From Candidatus Hadarchaeales archaeon (GTDB taxonomy: Archaea > Hadarchaeota > Hadarchaeia > Hadarchaeales > WYZ-LMO6), in NCBI GenBank assembly GCA_038851755.1, contig JAWCKR010000008.1, forward strand, positions 1,161 through 65,160: DNA of 64,000 nucleotides, written 5' to 3'. The position numbers and the translations under genes are program-made. The notes beneath the pieces are model-generated. The model was not told the DNA's origin. It saw only the letters and a list, made by a program, of their open reading frames with translations, and did not search any database. Positions 1 through 9,322 of the stretch are shown piece by piece (within the stretch, counting starts at the first letter, position 1; each line of letters begins with the position of its first letter).

Positions 1-105
1 TCACGGACCCTTTCGGTCCTCATCATATCGGCTCCCCCGGCCTCCCTAAAACTCCTACCCGGGACCCTCCAGCAGAGTTAAAGAGGGGAAGGAAGAGGGA
101 AGAAG

Positions 106-873
106 ATGGACCGGGGGGAAGGAATGAAGAAGGCCGCCGAGCTCCTTTCCTCCTCCCGCCACGCCGTGGCCCTCACGGGTGCGGGCATGAGCACGGAGTC
201 GGGCATACCGGACTTCCGCTCCCCGGGAGGTCTCTGGTCCAGGTACGACCCCTCGGAGTTCGCCACCCTCTCCTCCTTCCTGGGTGATCCCTCACGCTTC
301 TACCGCGCTGCCTCGGAGTTCCTCTCCGTTTTCACAGCGGAGCCCAACGAGGGGCATAGGGCACTGGCGGAGCTCGAGCAGATGGGCGTGCTGAAGGCGG
401 TGATAACCCAGAACATAGACGGCCTCCACCAGGCGGCCGGCTCCAGGAAGGTGGTGGAGCTCCACGGGAACCTCAGGGAGTGCAAGTGCCTCTCCTGCGG
501 CAGGGTTTTCCCCATAGAGGTGCTGGCGGAGAAGCTCGTGCAGGAGGGGGAAATCCCTCCCCTCTGCAACGACTGCGGGGGTATCCTCAAGCCCAACGTG
601 GTCTTCTTCGGGGAGCAACTCCCCAGGGACGCGCTGGAGGAAGCCTTCGAGCAGGCGAAGAGGTGCGACCTCATGCTGGTGGCGGGAAGCTCCCTGGTGG
701 TGAGCCCGGCCAACTTCCTTCCCCCCATGGCGGTGGAGGCCGGGGCCCACCTCCTCATCGTGAACGAGGAGGTCACGCCCATGGATGCCTTCGCCTCGGT
801 GGTGATCAGGGGGAAGACGGGGAGGGTGCTCCCCGAGCTGGTGAGACTGGTCCGGGAATTGAGGAAGGATTGA
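106..873 (+). CDS. cobB: NAD-dependent protein deacylase, Sir2/sirtuin family
   Basis: 255-aa ORF. It has the GAGMSTESGIPDFRSPGGLW NAD-binding motif, ITQNIDGLH, a catalytic HG, and a zinc ribbon (CLSCG...CNDCGG). Confidence 0.9.
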   Translation: MDRGEGMKKAAELLSSSRHAVALTGAGMSTESGIPDFRSPGGLWSRYDPSEFATLSSFLGDPSRFYRAASEFLSVFTAEPNEGHRALAELEQMGVLKAVITQNIDGLHQAAGSRKVVELHGNLRECKCLSCGRVFPIEVLAEKLVQEGEIPPLCNDCGGILKPNVVFFGEQLPRDALEEAFEQAKRCDLMLVAGSSLVVSPANFLPPMAVEAGAHLLIVNEEVTPMDAFASVVIRGKTGRVLPELVRLVRELRKD

Positions 874-875
874 AG

Positions 876-883
876 AAAAAAAA
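876..883 (-). terminator. oligo-T tract downstream of the SCP2-like gene
   Basis: A8 on the plus strand (T8 on minus), about 27 nt past the stop at 910. Archaeal termination typically occurs at oligo-T tracts. Confidence 0.4.
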
Positions 884-909
884 TATGGGTCGGAGCTGCG
901 GTTGGGAGT

Positions 910-1272
910 TTACTTGAAACTGGGGGCGGTCTTCGCGACTTCCTGTCCGATCTTGCCGAACTTCATGGCGTCGGCAAGGGAACCCTGGATGCTGTACTTC
1001 TTGGCCATGAAGGCCCTGGTGGCGTCCTCCTCCCTCGTCAGCAGCTTCCACATGATGTCCTTGTTCCCTATCATGGTGAAGGCGGGGCTCGGGTGCTTAC
1101 CCACGTTGAAGGTTACCTGTCCCCCCTTGAACTCCAGGTAGAACTCCTTCACATCCTCCCCGTCCACCACGAACTGCACCACCTTGTCCCAGCCCTGCAT
1201 CAGTTTCTTGGCACCCTCGTTCTGGTTCGCCAGCTCCGCAAACATCTTCCAGCCTTCAGCTACTTCTCCCAA
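910..1272 (-). CDS. SCP2 sterol-carrier-like domain protein (paralog 1)
   Basis: 120 codons with a TTG start preceded by GGTGAAAAC. SCP2-like pattern: HPSPAFTMIGN..., FMAKKYSIQGSL. Paralogous to 1378..1740. Confidence 0.7.
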   Translation of the reverse strand: MGEVAEGWKMFAELANQNEGAKKLMQGWDKVVQFVVDGEDVKEFYLEFKGGQVTFNVGKHPSPAFTMIGNKDIMWKLLTREEDATRAFMAKKYSIQGSLADAMKFGKIGQEVAKTAPSFK

Positions 1273-1342
1273 GTTTTCACCTTTTTTTTTCCTCTTCCCA
1301 CCTATTTAACCCTTCACCAGAGCGCCCCTCCTGAGAAAACCG

Positions 1343-1350
1343 AAAAAAAA
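1343..1350 (-). terminator. oligo-T tract between the SCP2 paralogs
   Basis: A8 on the plus strand (T8 on minus), 28 nt downstream of the stop of paralog 2. Confidence 0.4.
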
Positions 1351-1377
1351 TAAGGATGGGCGAGTTGCCGTCCGCCT

Positions 1378-1740
1378 CTACACGAGGCTGACGTTCTTGC
1401 CCACTTCCTCCAAAATCTTCCTGAACTTTATGGACTCGGCCAGGGAACCCTGCACGGCGTACTTCTTCGCCATGAACGCCTTAACGGCGTCCTCCTCCCT
1501 CGTCAGCAGCTTCCACATGATGTCCGCGTTCCCCACCATGGTAAAGGCAGGACTGGGATGCCTCCCCACATGGAAGCTCGCCACCCCGTCCTTGGCCTCC
1601 AGGTAGAACTCCTTGGGATCCTCCCCTTCCACCACGAACTGCACTGCCTTGTTGCCCCACGCCTTCAGCGCCTGCTTGGCCGACTCCATGGTGTTCGCTA
1701 TCTCAGCCGCCTTCTTCCATCCATCCGCTACCTTTCCCAA
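1378..1740 (-). CDS. SCP2 sterol-carrier-like domain protein (paralog 2)
   Basis: The track ORF runs to 1764. The TTG at 1740, preceded by the same GGTGAAAAC as paralog 1, gives an identical 120-codon length. About 60% identical to paralog 1 by eye. Confidence 0.7.
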   Translation of the reverse strand: MGKVADGWKKAAEIANTMESAKQALKAWGNKAVQFVVEGEDPKEFYLEAKDGVASFHVGRHPSPAFTMVGNADIMWKLLTREEDAVKAFMAKKYAVQGSLAESIKFRKILEEVGKNVSLV

Positions 1741-1836
1741 GTTTTCACCTTCCCCCCTCCCCACTTTCCCATTTAACCTTATCGTTTCCCGGGAGCAGTA
1801 TATACTGTCAATACGCCCCGAGCCATTATTCCCCCG

Positions 1837-4290
1837 TCAACCCAGCTTCTCGCAGTTGAGGCCCAACCTCTCGCAGAGCTCCTTGTACCTGTTCCTCACC
1901 GTAACCTCCGTGACCCTGGCCACGTCCGCCACCTCCCTCTGGGTTCTCCTCTCCCCCAGCATCTGGGCGGCGATGTAGATGGCGGCGGCCGTGACCCCCG
2001 TGGGACCCCTTCCCGAGGTCAGGCCCCTCTCCACGGCCTCCTTCAGGATCTCGATGGCCTTGGACTGGACCTCCCCGCTCAGGCCCAGCTCGCTGGCGAA
2101 CCTGGGGACGTAATCCGCGGGAGAGGTGGGGTGCAGGTGGATGAGCAGTTCCCTGGCTATGAACCTGTAGCTGCGGCTTATCTCCTTCTTGCTCACCCTG
2201 GAGACATCGGCTATCTCGTCCAGGGTCCTCGGCACCTTGCACTCCCTGCAGGCGGCGTAGAGGGCAGCACCGGCCACCCCCTCTATCGACCTCCCCCTTA
2301 TCAGCTTCTCCTCCACTGCCCTCCTGTAGATCACGGCGGCGGTCTCGCGCACGTTCCTGGGGAGGCTCAGGTGGGAGGCCATCCGGTCTATCTCGGAGAG
2401 GGCGAAGGCCAGGTTCCTCTCTATGGCGTCAGAGACCCTTATCCTGCGCTGCCACTTGCGCAGCCTGTAGATCTGCGCCCTGCGCTTGGGCGTAAGGTCC
2501 TTCCCGTAGGAGTCCCTGTCCCTCCAGTCTATCATGGTGGAGAGACCCTTATCGTGGATGGTGTCACGGAGGCAAACGGCACCCCTCCCCCCCACGAAGT
2601 TCAGGTGCCCAGGGACGGTCACATCATAGGCGTAACCGTTGGTGGACCTCACCTTGGAGATGCGCCTCACCCTCAAAAATGCCAGCTGACCCCTGGCCAG
2701 TTTAGCCAGCTCTTGGTCCCCATACTTCTCCGCGATTCTGAGGGCGAGCTCCCTCCCTATCCTCAGCCTACTCCTGGAGCCCCATTCCCTCCTGTACTTC
2801 AGGGGAGCGGGCAAAAGGTCCGTCAGCGTGCCCTTCCTCGCCCTGGGTTTGAATCCGTCCATGAACCCCAGCTGGTGAACCGTATCAGGACTGGTGACCC
2901 TCGTTCCGGTCAGCTTGCTCGCCGGGAGGACCTGCCCGGTGGAAAGCCTGTGCGATGGAACTTCCTCCTCCGTGTAGCTGGCAAAAATCCCTTCAAAGAG
3001 GTAAAGATAGAGAAGATCGTTGCTCAGCTCTCCATTGCATGAAACCGTGTAAAGGTGCACAAGCGGTCTCCAGTGGGGCTTCTCCTCTGGGTGGGTGTAC
3101 ACACATCCGTCACCCCTTGCGTAGGACCTGAGGAAAGCCCTCCTGGCTCGGGGGGAAGAGAAGACTACAGGCGGCACCCTCTTCCTTCTGGCCTCCCTGC
3201 CGGCGCCCAGGATTTCGTCCAGCAGCAGGGCGAGGGTCTTGCTACCGACGCTCACCACAAGGGAGGAAGGATAACGGTATAGGCTGGCCTCTAGCCCGAA
3301 AATCTCCTGTAAGTACCTGATGGTTTCCTCGGCATACTCCTCCTCTTCAGGTCCGAAGGTGAAGCTAACCCCGTGGGAGGTGACGCAACCCTCACTCACA
3401 TAGTATCCCATCAAGGCACCCAGGCGCTCGTCGACCGGAATCCTGAGCGGCAGTCCCTTCCGACACCCATGTGCCCTTATCCTCACCCCCCCATTCCCCA
3501 CGAAGCCCTTCAGCTCAAGGAAAACCTCCAGGGGGAGCTTCGATTCTTTACTCCAGGCTTTCACTTTCCTCTCATCGAACCTCCTCCTCAGCTCTTCGTA
3601 TACTCCGGCCGGTATCCCGTCCACGAAGAATCTGCCCTGCACCCTCGCGAACTCATGCGCCAGGTTCAGCTCCTGAGGAAACGGCCCAAGCTCGGGCAGG
3701 ACCCTTGGCACGGCCACGAAATCCCCCTCCCGCAGCTTCTCCACCTCCACCGGAACCACCCTCCCCTCCCTCACCGTATAGAGGCCGTGGGCTCCCGTTA
3801 CCCTGACCCTCCTTCCCCCTTCCAACTCCACCTCGTACAGGGGACCGCTCACAGGATGTCTGGTGACGTGGCTTACCGGCGCCCACTTCATCTTGTAATC
3901 CTCATCGAAAACCACGGTCCTGTACCCTCGTACGGGCGCTATCTCCACTTCTCCCTCTCTTCTCACCTCCTCGCTCTCCTCGAGGACCGAATCCACCCAC
4001 TCCCCTATGGGGAGAATCCTCACCTCCCCCTCTTTCTCCAGGATGATGGGTTCCGAGTAATCCACGCTGAAGGTCATGGGTGCCCCCACTCTGCCTCTCT
4101 TGTCCCTCTGCTCCTGGTCGAAGGCCCTCCACTCCGGCCCCAGGTCCATGATCCTCTCTGCGATCACGTAGCCGCAGCCCGCGCATACCAGCTCCCCGTG
4201 CTCATAGTCGCGGACCAGCTTGGTCGCCCCGCAGCTGGGGCAAGAGGTTCTCTTCTTGGGCTTCTCCTCCGTCTCTTGCTCGGCCGTCAC
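1837..4290 (-). CDS. tfb: Transcription initiation factor B (TFB/TFIIB) precursor containing an intein
   Basis: N-terminal Zn ribbon (CPSCG...CAGCG), then GPEWRAFD...GAPMTF. The C-terminal 241 aa ([13 protein letters not shown]... through the cyclin repeats) are typical TFB. The 817-codon frame is uninterrupted. Confidence 0.92.
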   Translation of the reverse strand: MTAEQETEEKPKKRTSCPSCGATKLVRDYEHGELVCAGCGYVIAERIMDLGPEWRAFDQEQRDKRGRVGAPMTFSVDYSEPIILEKEGEVRILPIGEWVDSVLEESEEVRREGEVEIAPVRGYRTVVFDEDYKMKWAPVSHVTRHPVSGPLYEVELEGGRRVRVTGAHGLYTVREGRVVPVEVEKLREGDFVAVPRVLPELGPFPQELNLAHEFARVQGRFFVDGIPAGVYEELRRRFDERKVKAWSKESKLPLEVFLELKGFVGNGGVRIRAHGCRKGLPLRIPVDERLGALMGYYVSEGCVTSHGVSFTFGPEEEEYAEETIRYLQEIFGLEASLYRYPSSLVVSVGSKTLALLLDEILGAGREARRKRVPPVVFSSPRARRAFLRSYARGDGCVYTHPEEKPHWRPLVHLYTVSCNGELSNDLLYLYLFEGIFASYTEEEVPSHRLSTGQVLPASKLTGTRVTSPDTVHQLGFMDGFKPRARKGTLTDLLPAPLKYRREWGSRSRLRIGRELALRIAEKYGDQELAKLARGQLAFLRVRRISKVRSTNGYAYDVTVPGHLNFVGGRGAVCLRDTIHDKGLSTMIDWRDRDSYGKDLTPKRRAQIYRLRKWQRRIRVSDAIERNLAFALSEIDRMASHLSLPRNVRETAAVIYRRAVEEKLIRGRSIEGVAGAALYAACRECKVPRTLDEIADVSRVSKKEISRSYRFIARELLIHLHPTSPADYVPRFASELGLSGEVQSKAIEILKEAVERGLTSGRGPTGVTAAAIYIAAQMLGERRTQREVADVARVTEVTVRNRYKELCERLGLNCEKLG
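2563..4068 (-). mobile_element. Intein (about 502 aa) with a LAGLIDADG homing-endonuclease domain, inserted in tfb
   Basis: Residues 75-576 of the TFB ORF. It starts with Ser ([10 protein letters not shown]). It has a TxxH-like block B ([10 protein letters not shown]), two LAGLIDADG-type motifs ([26 protein letters not shown]) and block F-like [16 protein letters not shown]. It ends ...AVCLRD before Thr+1. Joining the exteins gives [15 protein letters not shown]. Confidence 0.85.
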
Positions 4291-4526
4291 TTCCTCACCT
4301 CCACGTAGAGTTCTTTGCCCAGTAAAGCGCCCAGCTCCTTCTCCCCCAGGGCCTTGTGGGGACGGAGCAGAGCGTAGGGACTGGAAACGGGTCCAAAGAG
4401 GTCCTGGATCCTGCCCACCTCCCCCTTCCCCTTCACCAGCAGGACCTCCCCAAGCTTCTGGGGACTCTCCAGCCTGGCCACGAGCCCCCTGGGAGTCCTG
4501 TGCAGCAGCCGTCCCACCTTCCTCAT
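4287..4526 (-). CDS. gar1: H/ACA RNP protein Gar1
   Basis: 79-aa ORF with the [14 protein letters not shown] motif. Its stop overlaps the tfb start by 4 nt, the usual archaeal gar1-tfb arrangement. Confidence 0.8.
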   Translation of the reverse strand: MRKVGRLLHRTPRGLVARLESPQKLGEVLLVKGKGEVGRIQDLFGPVSSPYALLRPHKALGEKELGALLGKELYVEVRK

Positions 4527-4557
4527 CCCTCCACCTCCGACCCTTCGCCGGTCCTGT

Positions 4558-4590
4558 TTCTATATTTAAGTTTTTCGAAATATTTAAATG
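4558..4590. promoter_or_regulatory. AT-rich divergent promoter region (gar1-tfb versus the GPN GTPase)
   Basis: TTTCTATATTTAAGTTTTTCGAAATATTTAAATGG contains two TATA-like boxes. One lies about 25-30 nt upstream of the ATG at 4618. The other lies about 35-45 nt upstream of the gar1 ATG, which carries a GGAGGTGGAGGG SD. Confidence 0.45.
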
Positions 4591-4617
4591 GTACGCTTTT
4601 AAGGCCCCGAAAGCTTC

Positions 4618-5436
4618 ATGTGGCTAGGGGCGGAAAAAATGAAGATGGAGAAAACCAAGTTCGTTTATCTCCTTGGCCCCGCAGGGAGCGGGAAGTCCAC
4701 CCTCCTCTCCTCCATGCTCGACCTCCTCAGCCAGCAGCAGAAGGTCCTCCCCCTCAACCTGGACCCCGGGGCCGACTGGCTTCCCTACACCCCTGAGGTT
4801 GATGTGAGAACGAGGATCACGCTGGCCGAGGTGATGGAGCAGTACCGGCTGGGACCCAACGGCGCCCTCCTGGCCTCCGTCAACCTCACCCTCAACCACC
4901 TCCCGGAGTTCGAGGAGCTGATCTCCTCCTGGGGCCCTGACTACGTGCTGGTGGACACGCCCGGACAGCTCGAACTCTTCGCCTTCAGAGATACGGGAGT
5001 GAGGGTGGTCAAGGGGCTGGGGGGAAGGGCCGCCATTCTCTTCCTGGTGGATTCCTTCTTCGCTCGCAGCCCCACCGACTTCGTCTCCATGCTCACGCTT
5101 GCCACCTCCGTGCACACCCGGTTTGGCCTGCCACAGCTCAACGTGCTCACCAAGGTCGACCTCCTTCAGCCTGAGGAGCTGGAGAGGGTGGAGAGGTGGA
5201 TGGAGGACCCAGACTACCTGTCCTCGGAGGTGGAGGTAGAGGCGAGGGGACTGAGGAGGGAAGTGGCCAGAGGACTGCTCTCGGCCCTCTCCGCGGTGGG
5301 CATGCCCACCACCCTCCAGATGGTCTCCCCCCTCCGCAACGAGGGGATAGTGGAACTGCAGGCTTCCGTGGAAAGGCTGTTCGGGGCGGAAACCGAGTTG
5401 GACCTGGGAGAGGAGGGATATCGAGGGCAGGAATGA
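4618..5436 (+). CDS. GPN-loop GTPase (PAB0955/Npa3-like)
   Basis: P-loop [12 protein letters not shown] motif (LGPNGAL), [10 protein letters not shown], and TKVD. The start could instead be at an internal Met (MKMEKTK). Confidence 0.85.
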   Translation: MWLGAEKMKMEKTKFVYLLGPAGSGKSTLLSSMLDLLSQQQKVLPLNLDPGADWLPYTPEVDVRTRITLAEVMEQYRLGPNGALLASVNLTLNHLPEFEELISSWGPDYVLVDTPGQLELFAFRDTGVRVVKGLGGRAAILFLVDSFFARSPTDFVSMLTLATSVHTRFGLPQLNVLTKVDLLQPEELERVERWMEDPDYLSSEVEVEARGLRREVARGLLSALSAVGMPTTLQMVSPLRNEGIVELQASVERLFGAETELDLGEEGYRGQE

Positions 5437-5626
5437 AAGGGGGATTCTTCCCCTCATCGCCACCTTCAGCCCTCTCCTCCTGGTGGTGATGGTCTTCGCC
5501 GTCTACGCCTACGCCCACCTGCGGTCCCCCGCCCCCGTTTCCCCCATAACCTGCTTCGTGGAGATGAGGGAGACACCGCCACGGTGGTCTACGTGCCCAC
5601 CCGGCAGACCCTCTGCACTTGCCCAC

Positions 5627-6019
5627 CTAGAGGTTCAACCTCCTTCTCTGCACCATCAGGCAGGTCCCATGCACCACTTCAATTCCCCTCTCCCTGCAGA
5701 AAGCCACGGCCTCCTCCGACTCGGACCCTGGCTGCATCCAGACCCTCTTTATCCCCAGCTCTGCGCACTCCCTCACCACCTCCTCCGTCACCCCCGGTGG
5801 AACGACCGTTACCACCACATCCGGTCTGCGGGGAAGCTCACGGAGGGAGGGATAACACTCCTCCCCCATCAGCTCGTTCAGGTGGGGGTTGACGGGGTAA
5901 ACGAGAAAACCGGCCTCCTTCAGGTCCCGGTACACCTTGTATCCGTACTTCTCGGGAGCCGCACTGGCCCCCACCACGGCGAAGAGGTTCCTCCGGTCCA
6001 AGAAGGCCCCCACTTCCAT
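5627..6019 (-). CDS. CoA-binding domain protein (YccU/YneT-like)
   Basis: 130 aa. FAVVGAS...KYGYKVYRDLKEAGFLVYPVNP...VVVTVVPP... is the typical CoA_binding_2 pattern. Confidence 0.75.
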   Translation of the reverse strand: MEVGAFLDRRNLFAVVGASAAPEKYGYKVYRDLKEAGFLVYPVNPHLNELMGEECYPSLRELPRRPDVVVTVVPPGVTEEVVRECAELGIKRVWMQPGSESEEAVAFCRERGIEVVHGTCLMVQRRRLNL

Positions 6020-6119
6020 CCCCCTTCCTCTGTCCTCATCCTATTTCTCCCCGCCGGAGGGAAGGCACGAGCCTTTTCCTCTTTAAAAGGGAGGAAAGGG
6101 GCAAAACCTTCCGGAGAAA

Positions 6120-6506
6120 ATGGAACCCAAGAGCCTCCCACGCTTCGAGGAGCTGGTGGGAAAGGAGCTGGCGGAGAAGGGAATCCTTGACCCCACCCAT
6201 GTGATGGCGGTGCTCAAGCTGGGCGAGGATGCGAGGTCCGGGCTGGAGGGACTGGAGAAGGCAGGAGTGGAGGTCTCCACCAAGAACAAGACGGCCCTGT
6301 GCCTCACCGAGCTGGCCACCACGCTGAAGGTGAGATACGGATACACCCTGGACGTGGAACTCGTGAGCGGGGCCCTCTACCATTTGGTGAGGGGGCTGAA
6401 CCTTTATCCCTGCGAAGTGGTGGCCCACTACTGGCCCGAGACCTCGCCCGTGGTCTTCCTGCTGGACCGAGAGATAGCCCTGGTGGTGGCTCCAAGGGTA
6501 GAGTGA
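6120..6506 (+). CDS. hypothetical protein
   Basis: 128-aa ORF with genome-typical codon bias and a TATA-like CTTTAAAAG about 30 nt upstream. I recognise no family. Confidence 0.5.
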   Translation: MEPKSLPRFEELVGKELAEKGILDPTHVMAVLKLGEDARSGLEGLEKAGVEVSTKNKTALCLTELATTLKVRYGYTLDVELVSGALYHLVRGLNLYPCEVVAHYWPETSPVVFLLDREIALVVAPRVE

Positions 6507-6661
6507 AAAGCCTCTAGGTCAAGCAAGCACCAGCACAAACAAACTTCCAAGTTCCATTTTTATCCGCTCCTACACGTTCCGCTACCCTTGCCTTTCCCCC
6601 TAACTCTGGACCGATGTTTTTGAAGGGTTCTAGGGCAGAATACCGAGGAGTGTTCCCAGAA

Positions 6662-6749
6662 TGGTGCGGGGGAGGGGATTTGAACCCCCGAACCCCTACG
6701 GGACTGGCGCCTCAGGCCAGCGCCTTAGACCTGGCTTGGCTACCCCCGC
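6662..6749 (-). tRNA. tRNA-Leu (anticodon GAG)
   Basis: Manual cloverleaf: acceptor GCGGGGG/CCCCCGC, anticodon stem CTGGC/GCCAG with loop CTGAGGC, a long variable arm, T-loop TTCAAAT, and an encoded CCA. 88 nt. Confidence 0.9.
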
Positions 6750-6873
6750 ACCTACTTCTCTAACTTGGAGGGGGTTTATCTCTTTACCGCCTAGAAATCC
6801 CACGGGCAAAGGGAGGTCACGGTTTTCCCCCTCCGACCACAGCCCCTGAAAACCAGAACTTGCCGTCTCCCCC

Positions 6874-7662
6874 CTAAAGCTTCTCCACCAGCTTCTCGAA
6901 TCTCTCGCACTTCTCCGCCAGGGCCTTCACCGCCTGGAGGAAAAGCTGCTCCGGCCGGAGGGACCCGTTGGTCTCCACCCTGAAGATGAACCGGCTGTCG
7001 TCGAAACCCACCCTCACCGCCCCTTTCTTACACACCTTTTCGCACATCCTGCACATGGTGCACTTGGTAACGTCCGTAACCGCCACCCTCCCATCCGAGG
7101 GGACGAGGATCCTGGGAGGACATGCCTCCACACAGTCCTCGCAACCGTCACACTCCTTGGGGTTCACCCTCACCACGGGCATGTACTTGTAAGAAGCCAA
7201 ACCTGGTTGCCACTTCGCGTGCTCCTTTCCCAGCCCCAGCCTCGCCAGGGCCGTAAGCTCCAGCTTCTGTCCCCTCTCCAGCTTCACGATTGGTATGGAG
7301 CCGCTCACAGGCACCACGTTCTCATCCGAGGACTGGAGGTCTCCGCTCATCACCATACACGGTCCCTCTTTCTGGAGGGAGAGGGACACGGTGCACTTCG
7401 GGCACCTTCCCTCCTCGCACTTGCACTCCTCCGGCAGGACGTAACCTTTCAGGGGGGTCTTCAGGGGTACCATCGCCAGCCGGTGGGCGAGGATTTCGTC
7501 GTGGAGGGCGGAGTCGTTCTGTTTAACCTCCAGCTCGTCCACGGCCATCACGGGGACCTCCCTCAGGATGGCCCTCCTCAGGGAGTTGGCCATGGCCGGG
7601 GTGATCCCCTCCAGCCTCAGCTCCATCTCCTGCTCCGTGAGGGAAGTGATCTTCACTTCCAT
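6874..7662 (-). CDS. rpoD: DNA-directed RNA polymerase subunit D (Rpo3) with a ferredoxin-like 4Fe-4S domain
   Basis: 262 aa. Two Cys clusters (CDGCEDCVEACP, CTMCRMCEKVC). Lies directly downstream of S13-S4-S11, as in archaea generally. Confidence 0.9.
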   Translation of the reverse strand: MEVKITSLTEQEMELRLEGITPAMANSLRRAILREVPVMAVDELEVKQNDSALHDEILAHRLAMVPLKTPLKGYVLPEECKCEEGRCPKCTVSLSLQKEGPCMVMSGDLQSSDENVVPVSGSIPIVKLERGQKLELTALARLGLGKEHAKWQPGLASYKYMPVVRVNPKECDGCEDCVEACPPRILVPSDGRVAVTDVTKCTMCRMCEKVCKKGAVRVGFDDSRFIFRVETNGSLRPEQLFLQAVKALAEKCERFEKLVEKL

Positions 7663-8061
7663 TCAGACCCTCCTCCCCCTCCTCCCTCCCTTCCTCTTCG
7701 TACCGTCGTGCGGGATGGGAGTAACATCCTCGATGCTGCCTATCTTCAGCCCCGCTCTGGCCAGGGCCCTGATGGCCGCCTGCGCCCCAGGGCCGGGGCT
7801 CCTGGAGCCGCTGCCGCCGGGGGCCCTCACCTTGATGTGGACCCCCACTATCCCCTTCTCCATGGCCTCCTCCGCCGCCCTGGCCGCGGCCTGCATCGCA
7901 GCGTAGGGGGAAGCTTCCTCCCTGTCGGTCTTCACCACCATCCCTCCCGACCTCCTCGCGATGGTCTCCGCTCCGGTAAGGTCCGTGATGTGGATGATGG
8001 TATCGTTGAAGGAGGAGTAAATGTGGGCCACCCCCCACCTCCCCACTCTGTGCTCGCTCAT
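7663..8061 (-). CDS. rps11: 30S ribosomal protein S11 (uS11)
   Basis: [18 protein letters not shown] plus the conserved C-terminus. Operon context supports the call. Confidence 0.95.
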   Translation of the reverse strand: MSEHRVGRWGVAHIYSSFNDTIIHITDLTGAETIARRSGGMVVKTDREEASPYAAMQAAARAAEEAMEKGIVGVHIKVRAPGGSGSRSPGPGAQAAIRALARAGLKIGSIEDVTPIPHDGTKRKGGRRGRRV

Positions 8062-8576
8062 CCCTCACCCTCCTGTGCGGGCTCCGCCGGGGACGGGGGC
8101 GAAGGAGGCGCCACCTGAAGGGAGGCCTCCACCTTTCCCTCCTCCTCCGTGGGCACGAGGTAGCTGGGAACCTTCACCTTGTGATCCCCTATCTTCACGT
8201 GGCCGTGGATGATGAGCTGCCTGGCCTGGCGCGGAGTCCTCGCCAGACCCTTCCTGTAGACCACCGTCTGCAGCCTCCTCTCCAGCAGGTCCTCCAGCGT
8301 GAGGCTGAGCACGTCGTCCAGGGTGGCGTTCTCCCCCACCAGCCCAAACTTCCTTAGCCTGTCTAGGAGCTGCCTGGTCTCCAGCTCAGCCTGCCTGCCG
8401 CTCAGAGCCAGCAACCTCCTGGCCTGCCTCCTCCACCCCCTGAGGATGGCCGCCGTCTTCCATATCTCTTCCTTTCTCCTCAACCCGTACTTCTTTAGAA
8501 GGGCATCCTCGGCATCCATCCTCTCCTTGTCCCAGGGGTGGAGCGGCCTGCTGTACTTCTTCCTCTGCCTCTTCAA
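8058..8576 (-). CDS. rps4: 30S ribosomal protein S4 (uS4)
   Basis: [16 protein letters not shown]..., an S4 RNA-binding domain, and a 4-nt overlap with rps11. Confidence 0.93.
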   Translation of the reverse strand: MKRQRKKYSRPLHPWDKERMDAEDALLKKYGLRRKEEIWKTAAILRGWRRQARRLLALSGRQAELETRQLLDRLRKFGLVGENATLDDVLSLTLEDLLERRLQTVVYRKGLARTPRQARQLIIHGHVKIGDHKVKVPSYLVPTEEEGKVEASLQVAPPSPPSPAEPAQEGEG

Positions 8577-8580
8577 GTCC

Positions 8581-9090
8581 TCACTCCTTCTTCTCTTTCT
8601 TCTCCTTCTTGGACTCCTTGGCCTTGGCGGCTTCCTCCCTTATCCTCACCTCTTTCCTCTTCACCCCCACGGTCATGCCCCTCCTGCCCGTGGTCCTGGT
8701 CCTCTGGCCCCTCACCGGAAGTCCCAGCTCATGTCTGATCCCCCTGCGGCTCCTTATCCTGCGCTCCAGCCCGATGTCGCCCTGAACGGCCATGTCCAGG
8801 TCTGGCCCCAGAAGATGCAGGTCCTTCCCCGTCTCATAATCCTTCCTCCGATTGAACATCCAGGAAGGAATCCCGTGCTTGGCCGGATCCCTCAGCACCT
8901 CCTCCACCCTCTTCAGGGCCTCCTCGTCCAGAGAACCGAGCTTATCGGAGGGATTGACGCCCGCTGCCAGGGCAACCGCCCTGGCGAAGGTGGGACCCAC
9001 ACCCTTGAGTTCGGAGAGGGCCCACTGCACGGGCTTCTCCCCTGGCAGGTCCTTGTAGATCACCCTCACGATGTGCCTGAACTCGGCCAT
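8581..9090 (-). CDS. rps13: 30S ribosomal protein S13 (uS13)
   Basis: The conserved sequence starts at [10 protein letters not shown] (ATG at 9090). The track ORF extension to 9189 runs into tRNA-Ser and was trimmed. K/E-rich tail. Confidence 0.92.
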   Translation of the reverse strand: MAEFRHIVRVIYKDLPGEKPVQWALSELKGVGPTFARAVALAAGVNPSDKLGSLDEEALKRVEEVLRDPAKHGIPSWMFNRRKDYETGKDLHLLGPDLDMAVQGDIGLERRIRSRRGIRHELGLPVRGQRTRTTGRRGMTVGVKRKEVRIREEAAKAKESKKEKKEKKE

Positions 9091-9155
9091 TACGAAAACT
9101 TTAAAACCAAAACTTATAAGGAATTGCCCTCCCCCTTCCCCGTCCCTCTGGAAAG

Positions 9156-9240
9156 CGCCGGGGGAGGGATTTGAACCCTCGAGACCCAAAGGGTCACACG
9201 CTCTCCAGGCGTGCGCCTTACCTGGCTAGGCTACCCCGGC
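9156..9240 (-). tRNA. tRNA-Ser (anticodon GGA)
   Basis: Acceptor GCCGGGG/CCCCGGC, anticodon loop CTGGAGA, a 16-nt variable arm, T-loop TTCAAAT. No encoded CCA. 85 nt. Confidence 0.9.
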
Positions 9241-9322
9241 CCACCCCTCTGGGCCGGCAGGAGTAAAAGCCTATCTGGAACCCTGCACCTAACTTTAAAC
9301 CTCACTCCTCCGAGGAAAAAAG

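Noticed and set aside
9091-9189. N-terminal extension of the S13 ORF, and similar extensions at 56926..57036, 16345..16488, 17999..18310, 19260..19316, 19412..19651, 12187..12381 and 31664..31855
   Set aside because: The extensions overlap tRNA genes or the upstream gene, are not conserved in the respective families, and end at start codons that overlap the upstream stop.
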